Shown: piece by piece, positions 17,561-27,921 of the stretch | How the letters are laid out: each line of letters begins with the position of its first letter | Numbering within the stretch: position 1 is the stretch's first letter | From: an uncultured archaeon | GTDB lineage: Archaea > Thermoproteota > Nitrososphaeria > Nitrososphaerales > Gagatemarchaeaceae | Assembly (NCBI GenBank): GCA_963817525.1 | Contig: CAWFOU010000007.1 | Span: 1,088,001 to 1,152,000, forward strand | Length of the DNA: 64,000 bases | Direction: 5' to 3' | Notes under the pieces: model-generated | Seen by the model: only the letters and a program-made list of their open reading frames with translations | What the model was told of the DNA's origin: nothing | Databases searched by the model: none | Made by a program: the position numbers and the translations under genes

Positions 17561-18106
17561 ATGATTCAAGAGATGCAGGGGAAGTGGGCGGGGAGGTTCA
17601 TCGGGGCTGCCATAGTCCAGGGCCTAATCGTGGCCGTCATAACGGTGCTCATCGTGGAGCCGTGGACCTACTTCAACGTAAAATCTTACTTCAGCCCGGC
17701 CATGGTCATCGCGGGAGGCGGGGGAGGGACGTGGATGTTTACGGGCTACGTCCTCTATCTGATGGTGGGCGTGGTCGCGGTGGCGGTCACCGCGGTCTTC
17801 TACTTCTACATCGAAGACGTAATGGGGAGGCAGTACCACGGTCTGACGAGCGCTCTCGCCTGGGGGCACTTCATCCTGATGAACGTGGGAGTCGCCGGCT
17901 CGATGCTCCTGATGATCTGGGGGGGGTGGGTCGCGGGGTATGCGAGCGCCGCGGTCGCCGAGGGTGGCCTAGGTTTGACGGACGAGCAGATTCACGTGCG
18001 GTACTTGAGCCAGCTCGTCGACCCCATAGGCACGCTGGTCCTCCTGGCAGTTCTTGGGGCAGTTCTTGGCGGCGTGGGATTCGTCATCAGAAGCGGGACG
18101 CGCTAA
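17561..18106 (+). CDS. Hypothetical 4-TM membrane protein with intramembrane His
   Basis: Hydrophobic helices, LAWGHFILMNVG; own TATA box. Confidence 0.7.
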   Translation: MIQEMQGKWAGRFIGAAIVQGLIVAVITVLIVEPWTYFNVKSYFSPAMVIAGGGGGTWMFTGYVLYLMVGVVAVAVTAVFYFYIEDVMGRQYHGLTSALAWGHFILMNVGVAGSMLLMIWGGWVAGYASAAVAEGGLGLTDEQIHVRYLSQLVDPIGTLVLLAVLGAVLGGVGFVIRSGTR

Positions 18107-18186
18107 GTTTCCCTCTCTACTTGGATTTGGGCCGCAAGATTCGCCCCGGAGGAAGCCTGCGCGGGGCGTGATGACCAGAAGACTGG

Positions 18187-19008
18187 TCAGGCTGAGAGCC
18201 CGACGAGCTTGGCGGTCGCATCCCACAGCTCGAGTTGCTTCTTCTCGTCGTAGGACTCGTCCGAAGACCTCTTCTCCTTCTTGTCATCGAAGTACTTGCC
18301 GGTGACCGTCTCGACCTCGGGCGAGGACGCCAGGTAGATCGCGGTCTCCGCCCCCTCCTTCGCGCTCTTCAGGAACGGCCTCGTGATGGCGGGCGGAAGC
18401 CGCAAGATGTGGGTGGCCACGGTGCCCGGGTGCAGACAGTTCGCCGTGACCCCCGTCCCCTGGAGCCTCCGTGAGAGCTCGTAGGTGAACATCACCAGGG
18501 CGAGCTTCGAGTTCGAGTAGGCGCCCCAGCCCGTGGCGACGCCGCCCTTCCTCACCGCGTCGAGGTCGATGTGCCCGTTGAAGTGCCCCACGGAAGAGAC
18601 GTTGACGATGCGAGAGGGGGCGCTCGCCTTCAGCAGGTCCAGCAGAAGGTTGGTGAGGAGAAACGGCGCCAGGTAATCCACGGCGAAGGTCGTCTCGAAG
18701 CCGTCGTCGGTCCTTCCCGAGAAGCTGAAGAGCCCGGCGTTGTTCACGAGCACATGGATATTCCCGTATCGGTTCCTGACCTCCGCCGCCAGCGTCCTCA
18801 CCTCGGCGAGAGAGGAGAGGTCGCAGAGCAACAGGTCGACCGACTCGTTCCGGGACTTTTTCGAGATCTCCGCCCTCACGGCGTCGCCCTTCTCCTTGTT
18901 GCGGCAGACCATCACGACGTTGGCCTTCATCTCCGCCAGAGCGAGGGCGGTCTCCTTCCCCAGGCCGGAGTTCGCGCCCGTGACGATGCAGGTCTTGCCG
19001 TCGAGCAC
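18187..19008 (-). CDS. Short-chain dehydrogenase/reductase (retinol-DH-like)
   Basis: TGANSGLG, NNAG, YSNSK (YxxxK), LHPG. Confidence 0.93.
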   Translation of the reverse strand: MLDGKTCIVTGANSGLGKETALALAEMKANVVMVCRNKEKGDAVRAEISKKSRNESVDLLLCDLSSLAEVRTLAAEVRNRYGNIHVLVNNAGLFSFSGRTDDGFETTFAVDYLAPFLLTNLLLDLLKASAPSRIVNVSSVGHFNGHIDLDAVRKGGVATGWGAYSNSKLALVMFTYELSRRLQGTGVTANCLHPGTVATHILRLPPAITRPFLKSAKEGAETAIYLASSPEVETVTGKYFDDKKEKRSSDESYDEKKQLELWDATAKLVGLSA

Positions 19009-19080
19009 GGGTCTAAGCTGGACCCTCCCCCCTTTAAGGGGAGTGCACGACGAGACGGACGAGCCCCGGTGGCGAAGCGC

Positions 19081-19230
19081 CTAGCGAGAGTGGCCGAACC
19101 TGTGCGGGTCCTTGTCGAAGCTGGCCTTACACGCCGCCGAGCAGAAGTAGAACACGTTGCCGTCGTGGGCAGACCTGAACTTCGCCGTCTTCTCGTCCAC
19201 CGTCATGTTGCAGACTGGGTCCTTCGCCAC
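19081..19230 (-). CDS. YHS/TRASH-domain copper chaperone (49 aa; below the ORF-track cutoff)
   Basis: Manual translation: MAKDPVCNMTVDEKTAKFRSAHDGNVFYFCSAACKASFDKDPHRFGHSR. Confidence 0.9.
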   Translation of the reverse strand: MAKDPVCNMTVDEKTAKFRSAHDGNVFYFCSAACKASFDKDPHRFGHSR

Positions 19231-19273
19231 TGTTATCTCGACTGAGTCGTCGCCGCCCCTATATGAAAACTAT

Positions 19274-19291
19274 GCTTTACAAACGTAAAGC
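19274..19291. promoter_or_regulatory. Palindrome GCTTTAC-AAAC-GTAAAGC, putative copper-regulator operator
   Basis: Perfect inverted repeat between the chaperone and the regulator; second copy before copA. Confidence 0.75.
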
Positions 19292-19321
19292 CTTTAAGAA
19301 GGCGGCGTCCTCGACCCATCC

Positions 19322-19939
19322 TTGAAGCCTGACGCAATCGATGCCAGGATACTTGGCGCTCTCTTCGAGGACGGGAGGGCGTCCAAAAGGCAGATTGCCA
19401 AGAGGACCTCATTGACAACTCCGACAGTCTCCGCCAGGATGGACAGGATGCTCAAGGCCGGGATGATCAAGAAGTTCGTGCCGATACTCTCGCCAGACTC
19501 AGTCGACCGCGGCGTCTCTGCGATGATAACGCTGAAGGTGACCCCGTCGTCGGTCGAGAAGCTAGCGAGGGACCTCTCTAAGCTGCCAGAGGTCGAGAAC
19601 ATCTACCTCACGACGGGGCACGGGGTGACCATGAAGGTAGCCACAGGCGACGTCGCTGGCCTTCAGACGTTCCTCGGCCGGAGCGTGCTCGCGAGGTCTG
19701 GCGTGAGCGTCGCCTCGAGCCAGATCATAACCAGCGTGGTCAAGGAGGAGCCCGCGCCCCTCTCGTCCGCCGCGCTCACCATGAACTTGGAGTGCGACTA
19801 CTGCCATGAGGAGGTCGCTCGAGCGAGACCTTACACTATCGCCGCCGCCCCGTCGCGCTACTACTTCTGCTGCAAGACTTGCAGGAACGCCTACCTGGAC
19901 AAGTTCGGCTCGAGGCTAGCCAAGACGAAGCGCAACTGA
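19322..19939 (+). CDS. Lrp/AsnC HTH + TRASH-domain copper-responsive regulator (CopR/CopT-like)
   Basis: DAIDARILGALFEDGR HTH; C-terminal CDYC...YYFCCKTC. Confidence 0.88.
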   Translation: MKPDAIDARILGALFEDGRASKRQIAKRTSLTTPTVSARMDRMLKAGMIKKFVPILSPDSVDRGVSAMITLKVTPSSVEKLARDLSKLPEVENIYLTTGHGVTMKVATGDVAGLQTFLGRSVLARSGVSVASSQIITSVVKEEPAPLSSAALTMNLECDYCHEEVARARPYTIAAAPSRYYFCCKTCRNAYLDKFGSRLAKTKRN

Positions 19940-19947
19940 GAGAATAG

Positions 19948-19963
19948 CTTTACATCCGTAAAG
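19948..19963. promoter_or_regulatory. Palindrome CTTTAC-ATCC-GTAAAG upstream of copA
   Basis: 7 nt upstream of TTTAAG (19971); same arms as 19275-19290. Confidence 0.75.
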
Positions 19964-19999
19964 GCGGGGGTTTAAGACCGCCTGCGCCTTCGCACAGCC

Positions 20000-22162
20000 A
20001 TGGCCTCCGACCCGGTGTGCGGAATGTACGTCGACGAGTCCACAGCGGAGCTGAATGCCCAGGTCAGGGGGGTCACCTACTACTTTTGCAGCGAGAGCTG
20101 CATGCGCGAGTTCCTCGCGCCCGAGAAGGAGCTCCGGAGGCTCAGGCGAGAGCTCGCGGCGGCCGCGCTCCTCTCCGTCCCCATACTCATCCTCACCTAC
20201 GCGAGGGTCCTGCCCGCGCAGACCTCGGAGTACGTCCTCTTCGCGCTGGAGACGCCCCTGCAGTTCGGCGTCGGGCGGAGGTTCTACCAGGGGACCTACG
20301 ACGGAATCAAGAGCAGGATGGGGAACATGGACGCCCTGATCGCGCTAGGCACCTCGGCCGCGTGGGCCTACTCCGCCGCGGTCACCTTCGCCCCGGGCCT
20401 CTTCCCGACGCCCGGGGTCTATTTCGACACGGCCGCCGTCATCGTCACGCTCGCGCTGGCGGGGAGGTACCTCGAGCACGCCACCAAGAGCCGGGCCTCC
20501 GCCTCCCTCAGGAAGCTCATCGACCTCCAGCCCACAACCGCCCGCCTCGTCAGCGGCGACGGCTCGGAGACGGAGGTCCCCGTGGAGCGGGTGAGCGTCG
20601 GGGACACGCTCCTCGTCAAGCCTGGGGAGAGGATACCGGTGGACTGCGTCGTCATCGAAGGCAGGTCTGCCGTCGACGAGTCGATGGTGACTGGCGAGAG
20701 CGTCCCCGCCGAGAAGGGGCCTGGCGACGAGGTGATAGGGGCCACCATAAACAGGACTGGGCTCCTGAAGGTGAGAGCCGACAAGGTCGGGCAGGACACC
20801 ACTCTACAACGGATAGTGAAGCTCGTCGAGGAGGCTCAGGTGGGAAGGGCGCCCATCCAGCGCCTCGCGGACAGGGTCGCCTCATACTTCGTGCCGGTCG
20901 TCATCGCCGCGGCGGCGGTCGCGGGCCTGTCCTGGTTCTACTTCGGCCACATCGGTCTCGACTACTCTGTGCTCGTCTTCGTCTCGGTGGTGGTGATCGC
21001 CTGCCCGTGCGCCCTCGGGGTCGCCACGCCTGCCGCGCTCCTCGTCGGGACGAGCAAGGGGGCGCAGTGCGGCATCCTGATCAAGGGCGGCGAGTACCTC
21101 GAGCGGGCCGGAAAGGTCGACACGGTAGTCTTCGACAAGACGGGGACTCTCACGGTGGGGAAGCCTTCGGTCACCGAGGTCATCCCCTACGGCAGGCTCG
21201 GTCCCGACGAGCTGCTTCACCTAGCCGCCTCCCTCGAGCGAGGCTCGGAACACCCGCTGGGAGAGGCGGTCTTCGACGAAGCGAAGAGCCGCTCCATCGC
21301 CATCTCCGAATCGCGAGACTTCCAGGCAGTCCCCGGGAAGGGTGCGAAGGGTTACGTGGACGGGAAGGCCGTCCTGGTGGGGACCGGGCGCTTTGCAGCC
21401 GAGAGCGGCGTCGACCTCTCAGGCGTGGGGGCGGCATTGGCCAGGCTCGAGGGGGAGGGGAAGACGGTCATGGTCGTCGCCTCCGACGGCAAGGCCGCAG
21501 GGGTGGTCGCGCTCGCCGACACCGTGAGGCCATCCGCGAAGGCCGCGGTGGACGCCCTGAAGGGGATGGGCATCCAGGTTGTGATGCTGACGGGCGACAA
21601 CTCCCGGACGGCGGAAGCCATCGCCCACGAGTTGGGCATCGAGAGGTTCGTCGCCGAGGTCCTCCCGCAGCAGAAGGAGGAAGCGGTAGCGTCGCTGCGG
21701 AAGGAGGGGATGGTGGTCGCGATGGTCGGGGACGGCATCAACGACGCGCCCGCGCTCGCGGCGGCCGACGTGGGAATAGCCATCGGGAGCGGGACCGACA
21801 TCGCGAGGGAGACGGGTGGGATCGTGCTGATCAAGGACGACCTCAAGAATGTGGCCGTCGCCCTCAAGCTCAGCCGGAGCACGCTCTCCAAGATCAGGCA
21901 GAACCTGTTCTGGGCCTTCGCCTACAACGTGGTCCTGATCCCGGTCGCCGCCGGGGCGCTGGTGCCGTTCTTGGGCGCCAGGGTCTACGACGTCCTGCCC
22001 TTCCTTGCTGCCGGCGCGATGGCGGTCAGCTCGGCGACGGTGATCGGAAACTCCCTCCTTCTCTTCCGCTTCAAGCCGGGCTCTTCGGGCTCTGAAAGCA
22101 AATCGGTGGCGAGCTACGGCCGGGTGGGCGACCCCGAAGCCGTGGAGCTAACAGTTAAGTAA
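20000..22162 (+). CDS. copA: Cu(I)-translocating P1B-type ATPase with N-terminal YHS/TRASH domain
   Basis: DPVCGM..YYFCS, TGES, CPCALG, DKTGT, SEHP, GDGINDAP, YN and MAVSS motifs. Confidence 0.96.
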   Translation: MASDPVCGMYVDESTAELNAQVRGVTYYFCSESCMREFLAPEKELRRLRRELAAAALLSVPILILTYARVLPAQTSEYVLFALETPLQFGVGRRFYQGTYDGIKSRMGNMDALIALGTSAAWAYSAAVTFAPGLFPTPGVYFDTAAVIVTLALAGRYLEHATKSRASASLRKLIDLQPTTARLVSGDGSETEVPVERVSVGDTLLVKPGERIPVDCVVIEGRSAVDESMVTGESVPAEKGPGDEVIGATINRTGLLKVRADKVGQDTTLQRIVKLVEEAQVGRAPIQRLADRVASYFVPVVIAAAAVAGLSWFYFGHIGLDYSVLVFVSVVVIACPCALGVATPAALLVGTSKGAQCGILIKGGEYLERAGKVDTVVFDKTGTLTVGKPSVTEVIPYGRLGPDELLHLAASLERGSEHPLGEAVFDEAKSRSIAISESRDFQAVPGKGAKGYVDGKAVLVGTGRFAAESGVDLSGVGAALARLEGEGKTVMVVASDGKAAGVVALADTVRPSAKAAVDALKGMGIQVVMLTGDNSRTAEAIAHELGIERFVAEVLPQQKEEAVASLRKEGMVVAMVGDGINDAPALAAADVGIAIGSGTDIARETGGIVLIKDDLKNVAVALKLSRSTLSKIRQNLFWAFAYNVVLIPVAAGALVPFLGARVYDVLPFLAAGAMAVSSATVIGNSLLLFRFKPGSSGSESKSVASYGRVGDPEAVELTVK

Positions 22163-22183
22163 AGCGCGGCCTATTTCCACACG

Positions 22184-22648
22184 ATGCCAAAAGATTCTAT
22201 CGCCGCCGACGCAGGCTCAGCCTCATCGTCTGCCAGGGCTGAGATAATCAGGGGTCTCAACGAAGACCTAGCGAGAGAGTACAAGGCAATCATTCAGTAT
22301 GTCGTCTTCAGTGTAGCGCTAAAGGGCGCCCAGTACAACGACATCGCAGACCAGCTAAAGTTGCACGCGTCGCAAGAGCTCGCGCACGCGCTCGAGGTGG
22401 CCAGACAGATCGACTACCTTGGAGGCGACCCCACGGTGAAGGGAAAGCCCGCGGAGTTCTCGAGCGACTCGAAGAAGATGCTGGAGATCGACCTAAGGGG
22501 CGAGCAAGAAACCATCAAGAACTACCGACAGAGGATCCGGCAGGCAGAGGCCGCGGGGGAATACGCCCTGTCCGAGGCGCTGAGGGACATCATCGCGGAA
22601 GAGCAAGACCACGAGATAGACCTCAAGGACGCGCTCGGCCTGAGATGA
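22184..22648 (+). CDS. Ferritin-like (bacterioferritin/Dps-like) protein
   Basis: LNEDLAREYKAIIQY, ELAH, EEQDHE diiron-type motifs. Confidence 0.85.
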   Translation: MPKDSIAADAGSASSSARAEIIRGLNEDLAREYKAIIQYVVFSVALKGAQYNDIADQLKLHASQELAHALEVARQIDYLGGDPTVKGKPAEFSSDSKKMLEIDLRGEQETIKNYRQRIRQAEAAGEYALSEALRDIIAEEQDHEIDLKDALGLR

Positions 22649-22683
22649 CCGAGGCTCGTTCGCCAGGCTTGAGTCCGCGGCGT

Positions 22684-23283
22684 CTAGCCTTCGCCTAGGC
22701 CTGTCTGCCCAGACGACCGGCTCTTTGGGCCCTCTTCAGAGGCGATCTGCGCGAGCGACCGTTTGGTTGCCGCCGAGAAGTCATAGTCTTTCGCGTCGTA
22801 TCCTTGCTGCGAGTACTTGTCGCGGTGCTTGATCAGCAGCCAGGACTCCTTTCCCCCGAACCCGGCAGTGCGCACCAGCGCGAACGAGCCCTTCAGCTTC
22901 TTGCCGTAGAGAAAGAACTTCAGGTTCCCGTCGGCGAGGCTCTTCTTCGCCACCTCCTCGGCCTCCTTCTTGTTCACGACCTCCCTCCTCACGCCCTTGC
23001 TCACCTCTACCTCGGGGTCGTACGTCCCCTGGTCCCAGATCATCACCGCGCCGGCGCCGTACCCTCCCTCTGGGAGCACCCCCTCGAAGTGCCTGTAGCC
23101 CATCTCGTGGTCCGTCGTCGGCATCGCGAGCCGCTTCACGCCGCTGTCCAGGGACGGGCCCTTGGGGACCGACCACGAGGGCATCACGCCCCCGACCTCG
23201 AGCCGAAAGTCATAGTGCAGCGAGGTGGCCTTGTGCTTCTGGACCACGAACGCGAGCTTCCCCTTCCTCGGTTTCTTCTCCAA
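22684..23283 (-). CDS. Stand-alone LigD 3'-phosphoesterase domain protein
   Basis: [40 protein letters not shown]. Confidence 0.92.
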   Translation of the reverse strand: MEKKPRKGKLAFVVQKHKATSLHYDFRLEVGGVMPSWSVPKGPSLDSGVKRLAMPTTDHEMGYRHFEGVLPEGGYGAGAVMIWDQGTYDPEVEVSKGVRREVVNKKEAEEVAKKSLADGNLKFFLYGKKLKGSFALVRTAGFGGKESWLLIKHRDKYSQQGYDAKDYDFSAATKRSLAQIASEEGPKSRSSGQTGLGEG

Positions 23284-23347
23284 ATCTACGCTGTCTCCGG
23301 GTGACCACGCGCACTCCTTTTATCCTTCCGCCAATCCCGCGGCAGTC

Positions 23348-25510
23348 ATGCAGAAGGACTTGCGGCTCAGGGTGGCCGAGACCAGCTCTCGGCTCGTTGG
23401 GCACGGGAAGGCGATGATTGACCCCAAGGTCATGGACGACCTAGGGCTGTCTCCAGGGGACGTCATCGAAATCGTTGGCAAGGGTAAGAAGAGCCACGCC
23501 GTCCTCTGGGCCAGCTATCCTGAGGACCAGGGAAAGGGACTGATACGGATTGACGGATACACGAGAAACAACCTCGGAATCGGGATAGACGACACCGTCT
23601 CGATATCGCCTACCGAGGCCAAGGAGGCGGAGGAGATCGTACTGGCTCCCACCGAGCAGCTCAATATCGAAGGCCTGGAGGAATACCTTCCAGAGGTGCT
23701 CGAGGACCACGTGATGACAAAGGGCGACTCCCTCCCCTTGAACATCATGGGGAAGAAGATCGACTTTATCGTGGACTCCACGAGCCCGGCGGGCGCCGCC
23801 CTCGTCACGCTCGAGACGAGCTTCCGGCTCGGGTCGACTCACAAGCCCCTCAACACTGGAGTCCCCCGCATCACCTACGAGGACCTGGGAGGGCTGACCA
23901 AGGAGATCCAGAAGATCCGCGAGATGATCGAGCTCCCTCTCAGGCACCCGGAGATATTCGAGCGGGTGGGGATAGAGGCGCCCAAGGGGGTCCTCCTCTA
24001 TGGCCCGCCGGGGACGGGGAAGACCCTCCTGGCAAAGGCGGTGGCCAACGAGACGAACGCCAACTTCTACTCGATAGCCGGGCCGGAGATCATGGGCAAG
24101 TACTACGGGGAGAGCGAGGAGCGGCTGAGGGGGATCTTCAAGGAGGCGCAGGAGAACGCGCCGAGCATCATCTTCATCGACGAGATAGACTCTATCGCCC
24201 CCAAGAGGGAGGAGGTCTCAGGAGAACTGGAGAAGAGGATAGTCTCGCAGCTCCTCACCCTGATGGACGGGCTCGAGTCGCGCGGGAAGGTGGTCGTGAT
24301 AGCAGCGACCAACCGGCCGGACGCGCTAGACCCCGCCCTGAGGAGGCCGGGGAGGTTCGACCGGGAGATAGAGATCGGGATACCGGATGAGAAGAGCCGC
24401 CTCGAGATCCTGCAGATCCATACGAGGGGGATGCCGTTGGAGTCTGACGTGAGGCTCGAGGAGATGGCGCGGGTCACCCACGGGTTCGTGGGGGCTGACT
24501 TGCAGGCGCTCGTGAAGGAGGCCGCCCTCCTAGCGGTAAGGAGGGTCATCCCAGAGATAAGCATGGACGAGACCAAGGTCCCGGCGAAGACGCTCAACAA
24601 GATCAAGGTGAGGATGCAGGACTTCCAGGACGCGCTCAGGGAGGTCCAGCCATCGGCGATGAGGGAGGTGCTCGTGCAGGTGCCCAACGTGACGTGGGAG
24701 GACATCGGGGGCCTGACGACCGTCAAGGAGGAGCTGACCGAGGCCGTGGAGTGGCCCCTGAAGTACGGGAAGCTCTTCCTGAAGGGAGACGTCAAGCCGC
24801 CGAAGGGGATACTGCTCTACGGGCCTCCGGGAACCGGGAAGACCCTCATCGCAAAGGCGGTCGCGAACGAGAGCGAGGCCAACTTCATCAGCATCAAGGG
24901 GCCCGAGCTCATCTCAAAGTGGGTGGGCGAGTCCGAGAAGGGGGTGAGGGAGGTCTTCAGGAAGGCGCGCGCGGCGGCCCCCTGCGTCATCTTCTTCGAC
25001 GAGGTTGACGCGATTGCGCCGAGGAGGAAGTCCGGCGAGAGCGACAGCCAGGTGACGGAGCGCGTAGTGAGCCAGCTCCTAACCGAGATGGACGGGCTCG
25101 AGGAGCTGAAGGGTGTGGTCGTCCTGGGCGCGACAAACAGGCCCGACATCATCGACGAGGCCCTCCTGAGGCCGGGAAGGTTTGACAGGCTCCTGCGCAT
25201 CCCGCCGCCAGACAAGGAAGCCAGGATAGAGATCCTCAAGATCCACACGAAGAAGAAGCCGGTGGCGAAGGACGTCGACATCACGAAGCTGGCCGAGCTG
25301 ACCGAGGGCTACACGGGGGCGGAGCTCGCAGCGGTGGCGAACTCGGCCTCCATAGCGGCGATCAAGCAGTACGTGAAGGCCCACGGCAAGGAGGCAGAGC
25401 AGGGCGCCGGGGACCTCACGATCACGATGAGGGACTTTGAGGAGGCCATCAAGGAGACGCGGCGCAAGGCCACGCCGGACACGGGCCGGCAGCGCCCGGG
25501 CCTAGGCTAG
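23348..25510 (+). CDS. cdc48: CDC48/VCP-family AAA ATPase
   Basis: N-domain plus two AAA modules (GPPGTGKT twice, RPGRFDR twice). Confidence 0.96.
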   Translation: MQKDLRLRVAETSSRLVGHGKAMIDPKVMDDLGLSPGDVIEIVGKGKKSHAVLWASYPEDQGKGLIRIDGYTRNNLGIGIDDTVSISPTEAKEAEEIVLAPTEQLNIEGLEEYLPEVLEDHVMTKGDSLPLNIMGKKIDFIVDSTSPAGAALVTLETSFRLGSTHKPLNTGVPRITYEDLGGLTKEIQKIREMIELPLRHPEIFERVGIEAPKGVLLYGPPGTGKTLLAKAVANETNANFYSIAGPEIMGKYYGESEERLRGIFKEAQENAPSIIFIDEIDSIAPKREEVSGELEKRIVSQLLTLMDGLESRGKVVVIAATNRPDALDPALRRPGRFDREIEIGIPDEKSRLEILQIHTRGMPLESDVRLEEMARVTHGFVGADLQALVKEAALLAVRRVIPEISMDETKVPAKTLNKIKVRMQDFQDALREVQPSAMREVLVQVPNVTWEDIGGLTTVKEELTEAVEWPLKYGKLFLKGDVKPPKGILLYGPPGTGKTLIAKAVANESEANFISIKGPELISKWVGESEKGVREVFRKARAAAPCVIFFDEVDAIAPRRKSGESDSQVTERVVSQLLTEMDGLEELKGVVVLGATNRPDIIDEALLRPGRFDRLLRIPPPDKEARIEILKIHTKKKPVAKDVDITKLAELTEGYTGAELAAVANSASIAAIKQYVKAHGKEAEQGAGDLTITMRDFEEAIKETRRKATPDTGRQRPGLG

Positions 25511-25519
25511 GCAAGACGG

Positions 25520-25843
25520 TCAGGGCGGCGTCGACGCCGCAGGCTTTTCCTCGTTGAGGAAGCGCTTGATGCCCGTCCCGAACATCAGCATCATGAGCCA
25601 GAAGCCCAGCAGCAGCGCGACCAGCGCGTAGTTGCTGTAGAGGTTGAGGGCGATCAGCCCGGCTGCAATTATCGTCGCCGCAATGAAGTTCGAGAGGCCC
25701 CACAGGACGTTGGTCTTGGACGACGACCTCTGCCCGAACGGGCTCCTGAATATCTTTCCCGCCGCGCCGAAGGTGAAATGGGGGACCCCGTTGCCGAGTA
25801 GGAAGCCCATCACGAAATACCATATGAGGAATAGCTCGACCAC
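25520..25843 (-). CDS. Hypothetical small membrane protein
   Basis: 3 TM helices, NGVPHF..G...SPFG..SS..NVLWG pattern. Confidence 0.7.
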   Translation of the reverse strand: MVELFLIWYFVMGFLLGNGVPHFTFGAAGKIFRSPFGQRSSSKTNVLWGLSNFIAATIIAAGLIALNLYSNYALVALLLGFWLMMLMFGTGIKRFLNEEKPAASTPP

Positions 25844-25845
25844 TG

Positions 25846-26187
25846 CTACGTGCCATCCTGCACGTAGACCGAGTCTCCCTCGACCTCGACCTCGCAGGTC
25901 TTGAGGGGCTGGACGTCTATCTCAGCGACGATCGGCGGCAGGCCCGGCCGGATCCCGCTCACGACCTTGCCGGTGGTGACATCGAACTTGGAGCCGTGCA
26001 TCGCACAGGTAATGATGTTCCCTTCCAGAGTCCCTCTCGCGAGGCTCGCCCTCATGTGGCCGCACGCGTTCTGGGTCGCGTAAATCTTCCCCGCCACGTT
26101 CGAGAGAAGGATGTCCTGGTCGAGCGCCCTCACACGCTTCATGGCACCGACCGGTATCTCGCTGAGCTTTGCCACTTCCACCCGCAT
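25846..26187 (-). CDS. Rieske [2Fe-2S] ferredoxin
   Basis: CGH...CAMHGSKFD. Confidence 0.9.
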   Translation of the reverse strand: MRVEVAKLSEIPVGAMKRVRALDQDILLSNVAGKIYATQNACGHMRASLARGTLEGNIITCAMHGSKFDVTTGKVVSGIRPGLPPIVAEIDVQPLKTCEVEVEGDSVYVQDGT

Positions 26188-26285
26188 CGCTATAACCTGA
26201 TCGACAACGCCGCGCACATGCTATAAGTCTATTCGGCTCGAGCATTCTGCCGCCGGCGGCATCAAGAGGCTGAGAGCCCGGAGCC

Positions 26286-27890
26286 TCAAAGATCCTCCCT
26301 TGCGTTCAGAGACCTTCCCGCGGCGGACAGCAAGTAGTTCAGGATGAGCACGGTGTACGCCAGGGCGGCGACGACGAAGACGGCGGCGAGCAGGACCAGA
26401 GACGACGCGCCGAGGGCGGCGGCGGCAGGCCCCGCGGCCACCACCAGCCCCATTACGGGCGAGACGAGAAGCAGGTTGATGACGGTCTGGTAGAGGAACC
26501 TCTTCACGTCGGTGAGGTCCTGCCCCTGAGCGAGCATGAGGTCGTCCGTCGTGCTCTGCCCGTACCTGGCCGCGAAGTACATCCCTCCTGCCATCATGAT
26601 GGCGGCCACCTCGAGGGCTCCGGGGAGCGAGAGCCCGACCGGGAGGAGCGAAGCGGGGTGCCTCAGGTCGCCCAGAATGAGGGGTGCGCCCACCGCGGCG
26701 GCTACGGGAGAGAGCAGGAGCAGGAGCGGTGTGACCCTCGCGCGGTAGGCCTCCCTCACATATCGGGTCAGGTCGAGCGAGGAGGTCTTGATTATCCAGA
26801 GCCTCTCCTTCTCTAGCCACCTCGCCGCGGTCCCCGACCCGAACGACCCGATGAGGAAGAGTATGAAGAGGAAAGACGTCGGGGACGACTCGAAGACCCC
26901 CGAGAGCGAATAGATCACCATGAAGCCCGCGAGGAAGAGCGTGTTGATCAGCATGCTCCTCGTCTCCTTTGTCCTGCTCATCATCACCCTCTCCTTGGCC
27001 CTCACCACCGCCCACACCGACCTCCCCTGCGTCTCCAGCCTCGACTTGCCCTTCGCGCCAGCCTCTTCGCCTCCGCCGTCGACCGGGTCCTCGAGCCTGA
27101 GCACCTCGTAGAACTGGTCCTTTGACAGCCTCAAGCCCAACGCTAGGAGGCCGAGGAACCAGACGCCGAGGCCCACGAGGCTCAGCCCCGTGGTCGCGCT
27201 CCACCGCGCGCCGCTCACAAAGTCGAAGCTGGCCTGCGCCGCGAGCCCGCTCGGGAGGACGTCGACGACCTCCCCGAGGATGGGCGGCGCGCCCGAGATC
27301 AGCAGGGTGAGGGGGAGGAGGCTGACCGCGACGACCACCGCCATCAGCCCATTCCGAAAGAGCCTCAGCCTCGGCCCGAACCTCGAGTTGAGCGAGAGGG
27401 TGATGTCGGCGCTGAGGAAGAGTCCAAGCACGAAGAACGCCAGGGTCGCTGCTCCGGCCAAGGCGGCGGACGCGACGGGGGTCCCGTATGACTCGGCAAA
27501 CCTCACGTAAAGCGCCAGGATGGGGGGGAACGAAAGGAGCACGGTCGTCACGGAGTTCATTAGCACCTTCGCGGCGAAGACCTCGCGCGGCCTCACCGGG
27601 GAGGTGAAGACGTAGTCGACGTCGGCCGAAGAGACCGGGAGCCCGCTTCCGTTGAACCCGCTCTGAATTAGGCCCACCAGGAAGAGCGCGAAGATCAGGC
27701 TGAGGCTCGCGTCGGATATCCCCGTGCCAAGGCTGAACCTCGAGGAAAAGGAGAGGAAAGTCCCGCCGATGAATACGACGAAGAGCAGCCCGAAGGACTC
27801 GCCAATGATCATCCACACGGCAAGCGCCCTCGTGAAGCGGCCCTTCATCCAGTAGCGGGCTAGGGTCCAGACCGCGGTCCAACTATTCAG
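26286..27890 (-). CDS. ABC-2-type exporter permease; possible CTG start 27890 (first ATG 27848)
   Basis: Many TM helices, ADVDYVFTSPV motif; follows the ABC ATPase. Confidence 0.8.
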   Translation of the reverse strand: MNSWTAVWTLARYWMKGRFTRALAVWMIIGESFGLLFVVFIGGTFLSFSSRFSLGTGISDASLSLIFALFLVGLIQSGFNGSGLPVSSADVDYVFTSPVRPREVFAAKVLMNSVTTVLLSFPPILALYVRFAESYGTPVASAALAGAATLAFFVLGLFLSADITLSLNSRFGPRLRLFRNGLMAVVVAVSLLPLTLLISGAPPILGEVVDVLPSGLAAQASFDFVSGARWSATTGLSLVGLGVWFLGLLALGLRLSKDQFYEVLRLEDPVDGGGEEAGAKGKSRLETQGRSVWAVVRAKERVMMSRTKETRSMLINTLFLAGFMVIYSLSGVFESSPTSFLFILFLIGSFGSGTAARWLEKERLWIIKTSSLDLTRYVREAYRARVTPLLLLLSPVAAAVGAPLILGDLRHPASLLPVGLSLPGALEVAAIMMAGGMYFAARYGQSTTDDLMLAQGQDLTDVKRFLYQTVINLLLVSPVMGLVVAAGPAAAALGASSLVLLAAVFVVAALAYTVLILNYLLSAAGRSLNAREDL

Positions 27891-27921
27891 CTGCGGTCAC
27901 TTTCTCCACGGGCTCAGGGGT

